A stretch of 64,000 nucleotides of DNA from assembly GCA_963829055.1 (NCBI GenBank), contig CAWHHI010000020.1:192001-256000 (forward strand). The letters are read 5' to 3'. The stretch comes from an uncultured Gemmatimonadaceae bacterium. GTDB taxonomy: Bacteria > Gemmatimonadota > Gemmatimonadetes > Gemmatimonadales > Gemmatimonadaceae. Below the pieces are notes generated by a model, which was not told the origin of the DNA, made no database searches, and saw only the letters and a list, made by a program, of their open reading frames with translations. Position numbers and translations under genes: made by a program. This document shows positions 28,436-39,944 of this stretch, in pieces (the stretch's first letter is position 1; each line of letters begins with the position of its first letter).

Positions 28436-28521
28436 GCTGGGTGGTCGTGCTGGTGGCTGGGTGACGCTGATGAGCACCCAGCCGCATCCAGCGTCACCCA
28501 GCAACAAGCACGACACCCAGC
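28436..28521. repeat. Intergenic long hairpin built from CTGGGTG/CACCCAG-type heptamers
   Basis: gctgggtgacgctg (28456) pairs with cagcgtcacccagc (28489); the outer arm 28436-28451 pairs with 28507-28521. Confidence 0.7.
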
Positions 28522-28535
28522 AGCAGCTCGCTGTT

Positions 28536-29523
28536 CTACTCCGGCACTCGAACTCGCGAGACAACCATATCAACGACTTCTTCGACCGTTCTGCCTTCGA
28601 CCTCGAGCTCCGGCGCAAGCGTGATCCGATGACGCAGCACCGCATGCACGCGGCCTTTCACATCGTCCGGCACCACGTAGTCGCGTCCCTCCAGCACCGC
28701 ACCCGCACGCGCCGCGCGCATGAGCGCCACCGTCGCGCGCGGGCGACGCACCTAACGATATCGACGGCCTCGCCCCGCGTCCCGCGCGTGATGCCGCGCG
28801 ATGTAGTCCTGAATCTCCGGCGCCACACGCACCCCGTCCACCAGCGAGCGCATCGCGCGCACCTCCGCCTCCGCCGACCACCGGCGCCACCAGCGCCGTC
28901 ACCTGCTCCGGATCGAAGCCCGCCTCCTGCGCCGCCAGCATCGCGAGCTCGGCCTCATGCGACGGATAGCCCATCACCGCTTCGAGCAGAAAGCGGTCGA
29001 GCTGCGCCTCGGGCAGCGGATACGTCCCCTCGTGCTCCACCGGATTCTGCGTCGCGAACACCGTGAACGGCGCGTCCAGCGGATGCGTCACGCCGTCCAC
29101 CGTCACCTGCCGCTCCGCCATCGCCTCGAGCAGCGCCGCCTGCGTCTTCGCCGGCGCGCGGTTGATCTCGTCGGCCAGCAGAATGTCCGTGAACACCGGG
29201 CCCGGCCGGAACTCGAAGCCCACCGCCGGATCGCGCAGCATGCTCACGCCCGTCACGTCCGACGGCATGAGGTCGGGCGTGAACTGGATGCGCGAGAACT
29301 TCACGCCTAACGCGCCCGCCAGCGTCCGCACGAGCAGCGTCTTCGCCGTCCCCGGCACGCCCTCGATCAGCAGGTGCCCGCGCGCCAGGAACGTCACCAG
29401 CGCGTCCTCGATCACCGCGTCCTGCCCGACGACGCGCTGGGCCACCGCCGCATGAATGCGCCGTATCAGCTCGGCGCCCTGCTCGAGGGACAGCGGCGGC
29501 GACGAAGAGTCGGATACGGTCAC
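28536..29523 (-). CDS. moxR: MoxR family AAA+ ATPase (apparent frameshifts in the 3' part)
   Basis: [46 protein letters not shown] and [14 protein letters not shown]. Confidence 0.9.
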
Positions 29524-30835
29524 GAGGATTTCGGGAAGGAAGTGAGTGACGTCTCGAGCCGGCGCAGCGCCTGGCCCGACGATCTCGAGATCGCGACGCG
29601 GAAACTGGCCGCGCGAGCGCCTGACGAACGAGCTCGACGTCGGGCGCACCGCGCCGGGACGCGCTGCTCGGGCCCAGCGCGAGGAAGGCGTCGTCGGAGC
29701 GAGACGGCGCTGCGCGCACCTAACGAATGCTCGACGCGACGCCGCACGCCGTGAACGAGACGCGCCGTCGCCGTCCGCGTCGCGCCCACGGCACGGTACG
29801 CGCGCGCCAGCGCATCCACGTGCTCGAGCGGCGAGCGCCGCTCGATCCGCTCGGCCGCACGCGGCGGAAGCAGTCGCGGACCCACCGCCAGCAGGAGCAC
29901 GAGCCCCGCACCCGCAAGCTGTAGCACGAGATGACCGGAGGCGGTGCGGCCGAGGTATGTGACGATGCCGCGCACCGTGCCCGGGTGATCGCCGTAGCCC
30001 TGATGGTACTCATCGAAGACGAGTCGTTCGGCGTCGACCACCGCCAGGCGCGTCCGTCGCTCACGTACTCCAGCATACGCACCGCCGCGACGTCCGCGCC
30101 CCAGCGACACACGCGCAGCACGTCGTTGCGAAGCAGATCCGGGTCGGCGACGACCACAACGCGCCCGCGCCCGAGCGGAAATCCGATGGCCGCCGGAGCT
30201 CGTGGCCTGCGAAGATCGATGGATCCGTCGCACCGTCGCCAGCGTCCGCGAGCCCGGCGGGCGTATGCGCCCTTCCACGCGAAGCGCGAGAATGTGCGTC
30301 TGCCGATCGGGCCAGAACGGAAGTCCGGCGCTCAGGAAGCTTTCGTCGCGGTCGCGCGCAGATGCTGGTATCCGTCGGCGACGAGCGTGACCGGAGCTGC
30401 TCGACGAGAATCTGCGCCGCGCCAATGACCGACCCTGCTCGCGGGACCTCGTGCCATCCTCGCCTAGCCCGAGCGAGTCGGCAAGCGGGCCACCGCCCAG
30501 CACGAAGAGCGAGCCCGCACCTCGCCGTACGCGCTCGAGCAGTCTCGTGCGTCTCCATCGCGCTCGGCGTGATCGGCGGGTCGAGCACGAGGTGAACGGA
30601 CGGTCGTGTCGCCTAACGGGATGGTGTCGGTCGAGGCGCTCCGTTGGACTGCCAGCCGAGCCGGCCGGCGAGCTCGTAGAGCGCCGAGGCGCCCTGGGCG
30701 TCGGTCGGAGCGAATCGTGAGTCGCGAGTCACCGGTCCGACCGCCCGTCTGCTCCGGCGTCAGCAGCGCGACGATGATGATCGCGGCCGCGATGATCGGC
30801 AGCGCAACGCGCGGCTGGAGCAGCCGTCGCCTTGC
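29520..30835 (-). CDS. DUF4350-like membrane protein (multiple apparent frameshifts)
   Basis: [20 protein letters not shown] and [12 protein letters not shown]; position in the MoxR operon. Start approximate. Confidence 0.65.
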
Positions 30836-31499
30836 GACCGGGTGCCGCCGGGGCCGTCACGCGGCGCGCTCCTCCGCCTCGGAACACGCCGCGTCGCAAG
30901 ATCGTGCAGCGCCGCGTACGTCGGGGCGTCGCACGTGCCGACGCCGAACATCACGCGATCGTAGCGTCGGCCGAAGCGCCGGAAGTCGCCGCTGTGCCGG
31001 CGAAGCCGCGTCGCTGCAGCTCACGAGCATAGTCGCCACTCGTCTTCGACGGATGCAGCCGGATGCGTTCTGCCGCGGCGAGCCGCTCGGTCACGCCGCG
31101 ATACAGCAGATGCGCGGCCTCCGTATAGTTGCCGGCCGCCGCGAGCTCGATCGGCCTCCATCCAGGGATCGCCCGCGCCCTGTACCGTGCCCGCCCGCAC
31201 GCGACGACGTCGCTCCTCGGCCTCGTGCCCGAGCGACGAGGCGCGCGACGATCGCGAGCACGACGACGATCGCGAGCCCGAGCACGATCCACTTCGCGTT
31301 AGGGATCTCGGACACGGACGCGAAGATCCGGCGGATCAACGCGGCGATCCAGTCGAGGAGTCGATCGAGGAGCGTCGCGCGTGACCGACCGCTGGTAGGG
31401 ACGCTGCCTGATGATCGCCGCGACCGAATCCTGAATCGCCGCAGCCGGCCATGGTGCCGTGCGACCCTGCACCACGAGCCCGAGCAGCGTCGCGATCAA
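30832..31499 (-). CDS. DUF4129 domain protein (apparent frameshifts)
   Basis: AAAGNYTEAAHLLYRG...HPSKTSGDYAREL. Boundaries approximate. Confidence 0.65.
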
Positions 31500-32245
31500 G
31501 CGGAGAGCCCCTCCGCCATCATCTCGATGTCGTAGCCCTCGTTTCGCACGCGCGCGTCGTAGTACAGCAGCATCTCGGTGATCGCGAACATCGGGTAGGC
31601 GAGAATCGACGCCGCGACGGTGAGGACCGTCGAGATCACGATGCTCCCCGTCACGGCCGCGACGATCGCCGACCGCGAAGTACAGCACGAAGAAGATGAG
31701 AAACGCGAGCAACGTCGTGCCGAGGATGTGCAGCTTCTGCCCGCGCGACAGGGCCGCCGAGCGACCGAGTGCGCTGAACGCGCCGCGCCCTTCGATGATG
31801 ACCCCCGCCGTCACGGCAAAGTAGCGCGTCATCACGTAGAGGAACCCGACGAAGAAGAACAGGAAGCCGACGATCATGAGCAGGTACTTGATGAGCAAGC
31901 GCGATCATCACGGCCGGGAGGCGCGCCAGCTGCGTCACGGACGGCTACCGCCGGCTCGATCGGGTGCCCGAGGTAGTCCTCGGACGAGAGGCGCACCATG
32001 ACCGCGCTCATGAGGGACACGCTTATCCAGTACCCGAACAGCATGAGCACGCTGTAGCCAGCCGTTAGGCGCGCGATCTGCTGATCGAGCTGCGTGGCCG
32101 GTCCGAGAATGACGAGCTGCAGCACGAGGATCGGCGCGTAGCAGACGGCCGACATGAGCAGATAGGTCAGCGGGTCGCGCCGGTAGAGTTGGAACGCGGC
32201 GTCGACGATTTCGCTCGCCGACCGTGGCCGAAGGGGCAGAGACAC
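31496..32245 (-). CDS. Hypothetical membrane protein of the MoxR/DUF58 operon (apparent frameshifts)
   Basis: LPLRPRSASEIVDAAFQLYRR, ALGRSAALSRG and YYDARVRNEGYDIEMM. Confidence 0.75.
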
Positions 32246-32503
32246 AGGTGGGGACCGGGAATGGGGAACCGGGAACGGGCACTGCCCCGCAAGATGTTGT
32301 GTCGTTGGAGGGTCTACCAGCGGCTTGGCCACGATATCCGGGTGGCGTTCGGCCTTGGGGCCCTGATCGCCCCCGGATCGGCACCCGTTATGGCAACTTG
32401 CCCCTAACCTCTTCCCCCGGTCCGTTTTCGGCGTGTATCCTAGGTCGGACGGGAAACCCCTCGCGCTGGACGACCGACGTTGGCTCGCTCGGAGGATGCC
32501 TAA

Positions 32504-32818
32504 ATGGAAGCTGCCATCTCCGCATGGCTGCAGGACCTCGCGATTCGCGCGTTCGGAATCTCGCTGTTCGTCATGCTGGCGATCGACGGCGCGTTCGCCG
32601 TGATCCTCCTCGCGACGCGCGACCGGGCCATCGTGAACCGCTGGACGTCGCGCGTGCTGGCCGTCAATCTCGTGCTCGCTGGCACAGGCATCGGCGTGCC
32701 CGTCCTTGCCCTCAGCACGAGACTCGCCGTGCGCATGATCGCGCCGCTCATTCCGAAGCTCCCGGGCGTCATGATCATCGACGACGACGCTCCGGAGGGC
32801 GTAGGAAGGAGGCCGTAG
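32504..32818 (+). CDS. Small hypothetical membrane protein
   Basis: Two hydrophobic segments, RBS ggagg, typical codon usage. Confidence 0.7.
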   Translation: MEAAISAWLQDLAIRAFGISLFVMLAIDGAFAVILLATRDRAIVNRWTSRVLAVNLVLAGTGIGVPVLALSTRLAVRMIAPLIPKLPGVMIIDDDAPEGVGRRP

Positions 32819-32888
32819 GAGCGGCCGGGAAGGAGGCCTTAGGAAGGAGGAGGGCGGATAGCGGAAGGCGGATGGCGGAGAAGAGGCG

Positions 32889-32994
32889 TGTCATCCCGAG
32901 CGCCAGCGACGAGGGATCTTCTCGAACGTTCTCGTGGCCGAGACTGGCCACGACGTACATCACAGGAGATCCCTCGCTGCCGCTCGGGATGACA
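32889..32994. repeat. REP-like palindromic element, type B
   Basis: tgtcatcccgagcg...cgagggatct...agatccctcg...cgctcgggatgaca; second copy at 46368. Confidence 0.85.
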
Positions 32995-33055
32995 TGGCTC
33001 CTTCCTACGGCCTCCTTCCTCCGCCCTGCCTCCTACGGCCCGCGCCCTGCGGGCG

Positions 33056-33745
33056 CTACACCCCGAAGCAGTAGAACAGCCCCGCCCCGCCCGTCGCGAC
33101 GAGGTCCGCCTGACTGCACGACCGGCTCATGTGCGCGGCGTTCCAGGACGAGTTGCCGCCTCCCGACCGATCGTGATGCCCGAGCATGGCCGACCCGGCC
33201 GAGTCGCTCGTCCAGTTGTTGCACGTCGTGCCTGCGGGCGTGCCTAACAACACCCGGCCGAACGAGTCGGAGCCGGTGAGAATGTCGTGCTGGTTCGGCG
33301 TGTCGCCGCGACCGTTGACGGGCAATCCCTTCTCGTTGAGCGCGAACTCCTTGTTGATGGAGTTGCGGTCGCGCTGGATGTCACCGTGGAGATCGGCGAC
33401 GTTCCAGGCGATGAGCGCGCCCTTGGCATTGTACCACGGCCCGTTGCCGATGCGATCGCGGGCATTGATCGGCGGCTGACCCGCGGCCGCGGCGGCGCTC
33501 AGGTACGCGTGCCAGGTGCGGCTCCCTGCACCAGCCGCGCGCGCGAGGGTCAGGCAGTGCTCGTCCGCCCCGGCGAGTCCGCCGAGGTTCGCGCCGGCGC
33601 CTTTGCCGACGCTGGTGACGAAGAAACCCATCGGCTGCTGCGGTTGCTGCGGCTGGGCGGGCGTGGCCTGAGCCGCGACGGTCGAGGCGGCGAGGAGCAG
33701 GGCTGCAGGTAGCGCGTGGGTTAGCGATCTATTCAGCGTATTCAT
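33056..33745 (-). CDS. Secreted lectin-like (endostatin-like fold) hypothetical protein
   Basis: FFVTSVG, NLGGLAGADEHC, NARDRIGNGPW, HDILTGS and GAGLFYCF. Confidence 0.8.
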   Translation of the reverse strand: MNTLNRSLTHALPAALLLAASTVAAQATPAQPQQPQQPMGFFVTSVGKGAGANLGGLAGADEHCLTLARAAGAGSRTWHAYLSAAAAAGQPPINARDRIGNGPWYNAKGALIAWNVADLHGDIQRDRNSINKEFALNEKGLPVNGRGDTPNQHDILTGSDSFGRVLLGTPAGTTCNNWTSDSAGSAMLGHHDRSGGGNSSWNAAHMSRSCSQADLVATGGAGLFYCFGV

Positions 33746-34042
33746 GAAAAGGGCTCCGTCCGGTTTGAACCGATAGACTCGCTATGTAGGGAGCCATTCG
33801 GAATAGGACGGGTGACAGTCATTTGTCAGGCGTCCACGGATAACACGCTCGGGGCAAGCGCGCGGCGCGCGGCAGGTGCGACGCCGTTAGGCAGCTTTGG
33901 CTACGGTCGCACGGGGGAGGCACCCGGCTTCGCTCGCTCGAAATGACACGCTCCACCTCCACTGGCGCTCGAGCGCCACGAGCAACAGGCTATGCTCGAC
34001 GTCGACCCAGCCGCGATCCGCACCGCTGCGCTCCCATTCTGG

Positions 34043-36667
34043 ATGACCCCGTTTCTCCTTGCTGCCCTGGCGCTCACCGCGCGAATCTCGACGCTTCAGG
34101 CCGTCGCCCAGGACTCGACGGCGCCGACCGCGGTCGCCGTCCGCGCGCGCGGTGGTGTGCGCATTGATGGACGCCTGGACGAAGAGGCATGGAAAGCGGC
34201 GACCCCGGTCACGTCGTTCACGCAGCGAGACCCCGATGCCGGCCGACCCGCAACCGAGCGGACAGAGGTCCGCATCATCTATGACGCCGCCGCGATCTAC
34301 ATCGGCGCGCGGCTCTTCGATTCGACGGGCGCCGTGCGCAGTCGATTGGGACGGCGAGATAGCGAGCTGTCCGGTTCGGATTGGTTCTTCGTGACGCTGG
34401 ATAGCTACCACGACCACCTCACGGCGTATCGCTTCGGCGTCAATCCGAGTGGCGTTAGGCGTGACGAGAAGGTGAGTACCGAGACGGACGAAGACGAGTC
34501 GTGGGACCCTATCTGGGAGGCCGCTGCGACACGCGACGCCGCGGGTTGGATGGCGGAGCTCCGCATTCCACTCAGCCAGCTTCGCTTTCGCGACGTTGAC
34601 GAGCAGACGTGGGGCATTCAGCTCGTCCGCCAGATCGCACGCAACAATGAAGAGAGCTGGTTCGCGTTCGTCCCGAAACGCGAGCGCGCCGTTGTGGGTC
34701 GCTACGGACATCTCACCGGAATGCGCGGTCTCATGCCGCGCGGCCGCCTCGAGCTGCTCCCATACGCCGTTAGCCGCGTCCGCTACGATACGCCTGCGCA
34801 GAGCGAGGACGTTCCGTTCGTGAACCCGTTCCGCGACGGCTCGGAGCAGACGGCATTGTTAGGTCTCGACCTCAAGTATCGATTGGCGAGCAACGTAACG
34901 CTGGACGCGACGGTGAATCCGGATTTCGGTCAGGTTGAAGTCGATCCCGCCGTTGTGAACCTCACTGCGTTCGAGACGCGCTTCGAGGAGCGGCGACCGT
35001 TCTTCATCGAAGGCTCCGAGATCTTCGGCTTCAATGGGACGGAACTGTTCTATTCGCGCCGCATCGGAGCACCACCTCCAGGCCGTCCGCCGTCAGGCGC
35101 GGTCTACGACAACATGCCCGAGAACGTGACGATTCTCTCGGCAGCGAAGCTGTCGGGGAAGGCGCGTGGGTGGTCACTCGCGGTGCTCGACGCCGTGACG
35201 GGCCGCGAGCACGCGTCCTATGTCGGCGAGAATGGCGACCGAGGCCAAGCGGAGGTTGCGCCACTCGCGAACTACTTCGTTGGACGAGCGCGTCGCGAGC
35301 TGCACGAAGGCAACACAGTGGTCGGCGCCATGGCGACGGCCGTGCACCGGGACCTCAGCGACAGTGCGCTCACCTCTCGCGTGCGCTCGCGGGCATTCTC
35401 AGGAGGAATCGATTTCTCACACGACTGGGACGAGCGCAAATGGTCGCTGGAAGGCTTCGCCGCCGGCTCGCACATCACCGGCTCGAACGCTGTGATCACC
35501 GCTGCCCAGCGGTCGTCGGCGCGCTACTATCAACGCCCCGATGCGTCGCGCCTAACGCTCGACTCGTCCGCCACGACGCTCGCGGGCTTCGCCAGCCGTC
35601 TCGAGCTGCGGCGAGCCGCGGGCGAACACTGGCGTGGAGACGCGACTGCCGCGACGGTGAGTCCCGGGTTCGAGACGAACGACATCGGCTTCCAGGCGCG
35701 CGCCGACCAGCACTCCGCGACCGCGACGGTGCAGTACGTCCAGGAGGAACCGGGACGGATCCTGCGTGAGTGGAGCCTCGAGGGCGGTCCGCGCGGCACC
35801 TGGAACTGGGATGGCAATCGCATCGGGACGCGGCTCAACTTCGAGGGTGATGCGCAACTGCTGAATTACTGGAGTGGCGATTTCGAGGTGAACCGCGAGT
35901 TCGCCGTCCTCGATGACAGGCTGACACGTGGCGGTCCGCTCGTGCGCTCACCGGCCCGAACGAACGTGTCGGTCAGCATCGAGAGCGACCCGCGGCGGGT
36001 GTGGACGCTCGACATGGGCGTCGACGGCTGGTGGGGGCCGGTGAGCCGCAGTGCATCGGTCGACGTCGAGGTCGGGGTCAAGCCGGCGCCCAACTGGAAC
36101 GTGTCCATCGCCCCGGAGTGGTCACGCGACCGCGCCAGCAACCAATACGTGACGTCGGTCGCCAATGCGCTGGCTCCCGCGACGTTCGGCCGCCGGTACG
36201 TGTTCGCCGACCTCGATCAGACGGAACTCTCCATCGCGACCCACATCAACGTGACATTCACGCCGTCACTGTCACTCGAGGTATTCGCTCGGCCATTCAT
36301 CGGGAGCGGCACGTTCGGCGCCTTGAAGGAACTGACTCAACCGCGCGCGCTTTCCTTCGCTCGGTATGACAGCGTGGGGACCGTCACGCGCAACGGCAGC
36401 GAGGTCATCGTCGACCCGGACGGCGACGGGCCGGCAGATGAATTCGGGGTGGACGACGAGACGTTCACAACGCGGTCGCTCCGCGGGAACGCGGTGCTGC
36501 GGTGGGAGTGGCGGCCGGGCTCGACGCTGTTTCTCGTCTGGCAGCAGCAGCGCGAGGTGGAGGACGCGAGCGGCGACCTGCGGCTCCGCCGCGACCTCCG
36601 TCGACTCGGTCGGGCGAGCCCGGACAACGTGTTCGTCATCAAGGCGACCTGGTGGCTCAATCCATAG
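34043..36667 (+). CDS. CBM9-like plus DUF5916 domain protein
   Basis: IDGRLDEEAW, WMAELRIPLSQLRF, TVNPDFGQVEVD and FEERRPFFIEG; C-terminal beta-barrel-like strands. Confidence 0.88.
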   Translation: MTPFLLAALALTARISTLQAVAQDSTAPTAVAVRARGGVRIDGRLDEEAWKAATPVTSFTQRDPDAGRPATERTEVRIIYDAAAIYIGARLFDSTGAVRSRLGRRDSELSGSDWFFVTLDSYHDHLTAYRFGVNPSGVRRDEKVSTETDEDESWDPIWEAAATRDAAGWMAELRIPLSQLRFRDVDEQTWGIQLVRQIARNNEESWFAFVPKRERAVVGRYGHLTGMRGLMPRGRLELLPYAVSRVRYDTPAQSEDVPFVNPFRDGSEQTALLGLDLKYRLASNVTLDATVNPDFGQVEVDPAVVNLTAFETRFEERRPFFIEGSEIFGFNGTELFYSRRIGAPPPGRPPSGAVYDNMPENVTILSAAKLSGKARGWSLAVLDAVTGREHASYVGENGDRGQAEVAPLANYFVGRARRELHEGNTVVGAMATAVHRDLSDSALTSRVRSRAFSGGIDFSHDWDERKWSLEGFAAGSHITGSNAVITAAQRSSARYYQRPDASRLTLDSSATTLAGFASRLELRRAAGEHWRGDATAATVSPGFETNDIGFQARADQHSATATVQYVQEEPGRILREWSLEGGPRGTWNWDGNRIGTRLNFEGDAQLLNYWSGDFEVNREFAVLDDRLTRGGPLVRSPARTNVSVSIESDPRRVWTLDMGVDGWWGPVSRSASVDVEVGVKPAPNWNVSIAPEWSRDRASNQYVTSVANALAPATFGRRYVFADLDQTELSIATHINVTFTPSLSLEVFARPFIGSGTFGALKELTQPRALSFARYDSVGTVTRNGSEVIVDPDGDGPADEFGVDDETFTTRSLRGNAVLRWEWRPGSTLFLVWQQQREVEDASGDLRLRRDLRRLGRASPDNVFVIKATWWLNP

Positions 36668-36674
36668 ATTGAGG

Positions 36675-36871
36675 GTCATTCCGAGCGGAGCCGCGAAGCG
36701 GCGCAGTCGAGGAGCTATGTCATTCCGAGCGAACGAAGTGAGTCGAGGAATCGTTGCTGTCCGAGTAGAGATGCCGCTCTACCGGGACGCGAAGGATTCC
36801 TCGATGCGCCCAGAGGCACCCGCGGCCTGCGGCCTCCGCTCGGAATGACACGGGCGGGCGCTCGGAATGAC
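36675..36871. repeat. REP-like palindromic element cluster, type A
   Basis: Two gtcattccgagcg and two cgctcggaatgac ends around a tcgaggaatc...gattcctcga core. Confidence 0.88.
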
Positions 36872-36901
36872 GGCCTCGCCCACCACGCTCCCCAAGTGAC
36901 C

Positions 36902-38306
36902 ATGCTCGCACCACTCGTCGTCGCCGCCGCGCTGCTCACCCAGCAACCGAATCAGGGTGTCCGCCAGTTCGTCTCCGTCTCCGATTCCGTCGTCGCACTG
37001 ACGAACGTCCGGGTCATCGACGGCACCGGCGCCGCCCCGCGCGCCGGTCAGACCGTCGTCATGAAGGGCGGCGTCATCCAATCGATCGGCGACGCGGCCT
37101 CGGCGAAGATCCCCGCTGGCGCCCGCACCATGGACCTCGCGGGACGTACCGTCATGCCCGGCTACGTGATGCTCCACGAGCATCTGTTCTATCCATCGGG
37201 CGGCGGCGCGATCTACAACGAGCAGGGGTACAGCTTCCCGCGGCTCTACCTCGCCGGTGGCGTCACGACCATGCGCACCGCCGGCAACATGTCCGGGTAC
37301 GCCGACATCGGGATCAAGAAGGCGATCGACGAAGGCACAATGCTCGGGCCGACGGTCGACGTCACCGCGCCCTACCTCGAGGGCCCTGGCCTCCCGATTC
37401 CGCAGGTGAAAGCGCTCCGCGACGCCGCCGACGCACGAAAGATGGTGAACTACTGGGCCGATGAGGGCGCGACGTCGTTCAAGGCCTACATGCACATCAC
37501 GCGCGCGGAGCTTGGCGCCGCGGCGCAGGAGGCGCACAAGCGGAATCTCAAGATCACCGGGCACCTGTGCTCGGTGACGTTCAAGGAAGCCGCGGCGTTA
37601 GGCATCGACGACCTCGAGCACGGCTTCGTCGTCGCCAGCGACTTCGTCCCCGACAAGAAGCCTGACGAGTGCCCGGCCGGCAACGCCGTGCAGCGCTCCA
37701 TCGCGGCACTCGACGTGAACGGCGCCGGCGCCCGCGATCTCATCGCCGAGCTCGTGCGCCGGAAGGTCGCGATCACGTCGACGCTCACGATCTTCGAGAC
37801 GTTCGCGGCATCGAATGCCTAACGCGCCGACGAAAGCGCTCGACGCGCTGCTTCCCGAGGCACGCCGGCAGTATGAGCAACGCCGAGCGGCGATCGCGCA
37901 GTCGCCGGACACGACGTGGAACGTGCTCGTGAGGAAAGAGATGCAGCTGGAGAAGATGTTCGCGGACGCTGGCGGGCTGCTCGTCGTCGGCACGGACCCG
38001 ACGGGCTTCGGCGGCGTCGTCGCGGGCTACTCGAACCAGCGCGCGCTCGAGCTGCTGGTGCAGGCGGGCTTCACGCCGGTCGAGGCGATCAAGGTCGCGA
38101 CGCTCAACGGCGCGAAATACCTCGGCCGCGACGCGAAGATCGGGACGCTCGCTGCTGGAAAGCAGGCGGACCTGGTGGTCGTTCGGGGCGACCCGTCCAC
38201 GAAGATCGACGACGTCGAGAACGTCGAGATCGTGTTCAAGGGCGGGGTCGGCTACGACTCGGCCAAGATCTTCGAGTCCGTGAAGGGACGAGTCGGGTTG
38301 CACTAG
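36902..38306 (+). CDS. Amidohydrolase family protein (frameshift near 37815)
   Basis: MPGYVMLHEH, GGVTTMRTAG, TGH, LEHG, VGTD and GKQADLVVV. Confidence 0.88.
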
Positions 38307-38331
38307 CTGCGCGAGACGCGCAGAGTGCTTC

Positions 38332-38493
38332 GTCATTCCGAGCGGAGGGCCGAAGGCCCGGAGTCGAGGAGGTCGTCATTCCGAGCGGAGCGCCGGAGGC
38401 GCGCAGTCGAGGAATCGAGATTGTCCTAATAGAGGGGCCCTCTACCGGGACGATCGCGATTCCTCGACTCGCTGTCGCTCGCTCGGAATGACA
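38332..38493. repeat. REP-like element, type A
   Basis: gtcattccgagcg x2 ... agtcgaggaatc ... gattcctcgact ... cgctcggaatgaca. Confidence 0.88.
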
Positions 38494-38644
38494 TAAACTG
38501 AGTGACTGACCCACTTGGAACTGGCCATGCCGCCGCCGGATGCCCAGCCATATAGCCATATCCGTCGCTCCGACGGTCGACCTGAAACCGATGCCGGGCC
38601 GTGTCGTACTTTGCCTGAGCACTACTCTCCCCGGGAGCTACCCT

Positions 38645-39814
38645 GTGACCCCACGCCTCGTCCGCGTGGCGGCTGCCGTCGTCGTCGCCGCCTTTTTCTT
38701 CGTTTCCTCGCAGGCCACCGCCCAGGATGATCGTGGCGGCAATGGCCAGGATGATCGCCGCAGCCTCGACCTCGGCGTGAGTGGCGTCGGCATCAGCATT
38801 GGCGACTCGCGGCGCTGGACCGGCCTTCGCCTCAACTTTCGAGACTCCCGACTCGAGGAAGCGAACGGCATCAACGCGACCATCTGGGGTCCGTACAAGG
38901 GGGGCGCCGGGCGAGTGAACGGTCTTGCCCTCGGGCTCCCGGCTACCGGAGCGAGCAGCCTCTCCGGGCTCGGCGTCGGGATCTTTGGCTTCGGCGTCGA
39001 GCGTTCGTTCACCGGCATCGGCGTCGCCGGCGTCGGGATGGGCGGCGGTGGTGACATGAAAGGTGTCATGGTCGCCGGGATTGGCATGGGCGGGGGCGGT
39101 AACATCAGCGGGATCAGCATCGCCGGTCTCGGCATGGGCGGCGGCGGCGACCTCAATGGCATCGCCATCGGTGGCCTCGGCGCAGGGATGGGAGGCAACC
39201 TGACGGGGGTCTTCGTCGCCGGGCTCGGCGCGGGTGGCGGCGGCAACGTCCGAGGAATTGGCGTCGGCGGCCTGGGACTCGGCGCCGGCGGCAGCCTAAC
39301 GGGCATCGCGGTCGGCGGCCTCGGCGTAGGCGCTGGCGGCAGCGCGAAAGGATTGCTCGTGGGTGGGCTCGGCGCCGGAGTGGGCGGCGACCTGACCGGC
39401 ATCGGCCTCGGAGGTCTTGGCATTGGCGCTGGTGGCGACATCACCGGCCTCGTGATCGGCGGACTCGGTGCCGGATTCGGCGGAACGCTACGCGGAGTCG
39501 GCATCGGCGGCGTCGGTGTCGGTGGCTCGCGCATTCGGGGGATCGCGATCGGCGGTGTGGGCGTGGGCGGTGAGGACCTCAAGGGCGGCTTCGCCACGAT
39601 TGGCGTTCTCAAGGTCGAGAACAACGGCCACTTTCAGGGCGTCGGCGTCGCGGGCTTCAGCCAGATCAAAGGACAGCAGAGCGGGTTGACGATTGGGCTC
39701 GTGAACTACGCGTGGGACCTGCGCGGCGTGCAGGTCGGCGTGATCAACATCGCGCGGAGCAATCCGAAAGCGACGCGCGTGCTGCCGCTGTTCAACGCGG
39801 ATTTCTCGAAATGA
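38645..39814 (+). CDS. Secreted glycine-rich 16-residue repeat protein (LA_2272-like surface repeat)
   Basis: Signal peptide; about 12 units such as DLTGIGLGGLGIGAGG; C-terminal GLVNYA...GVQVGVIN...LPLFN. Confidence 0.75.
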   Translation: MTPRLVRVAAAVVVAAFFFVSSQATAQDDRGGNGQDDRRSLDLGVSGVGISIGDSRRWTGLRLNFRDSRLEEANGINATIWGPYKGGAGRVNGLALGLPATGASSLSGLGVGIFGFGVERSFTGIGVAGVGMGGGGDMKGVMVAGIGMGGGGNISGISIAGLGMGGGGDLNGIAIGGLGAGMGGNLTGVFVAGLGAGGGGNVRGIGVGGLGLGAGGSLTGIAVGGLGVGAGGSAKGLLVGGLGAGVGGDLTGIGLGGLGIGAGGDITGLVIGGLGAGFGGTLRGVGIGGVGVGGSRIRGIAIGGVGVGGEDLKGGFATIGVLKVENNGHFQGVGVAGFSQIKGQQSGLTIGLVNYAWDLRGVQVGVINIARSNPKATRVLPLFNADFSK

Positions 39815-39944
39815 TCGAGTCGCGCCCGTCGATGGTGGTGGATTGAGGTCGACCGGGATGCGAAGATTCGGCGGACGCTGAATCGCCGGGAAGACTCGCC
39901 GGTTGCGGCGGAATCATCCCGATACCTCGACAGGCCAGGATACG

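Noticed and set aside
38638..39624. 328-aa proline-rich ORF on the minus strand
   Set aside because: It is the antisense shadow of the glycine-rich gene, which has the signal peptide and a family-like C-terminus.
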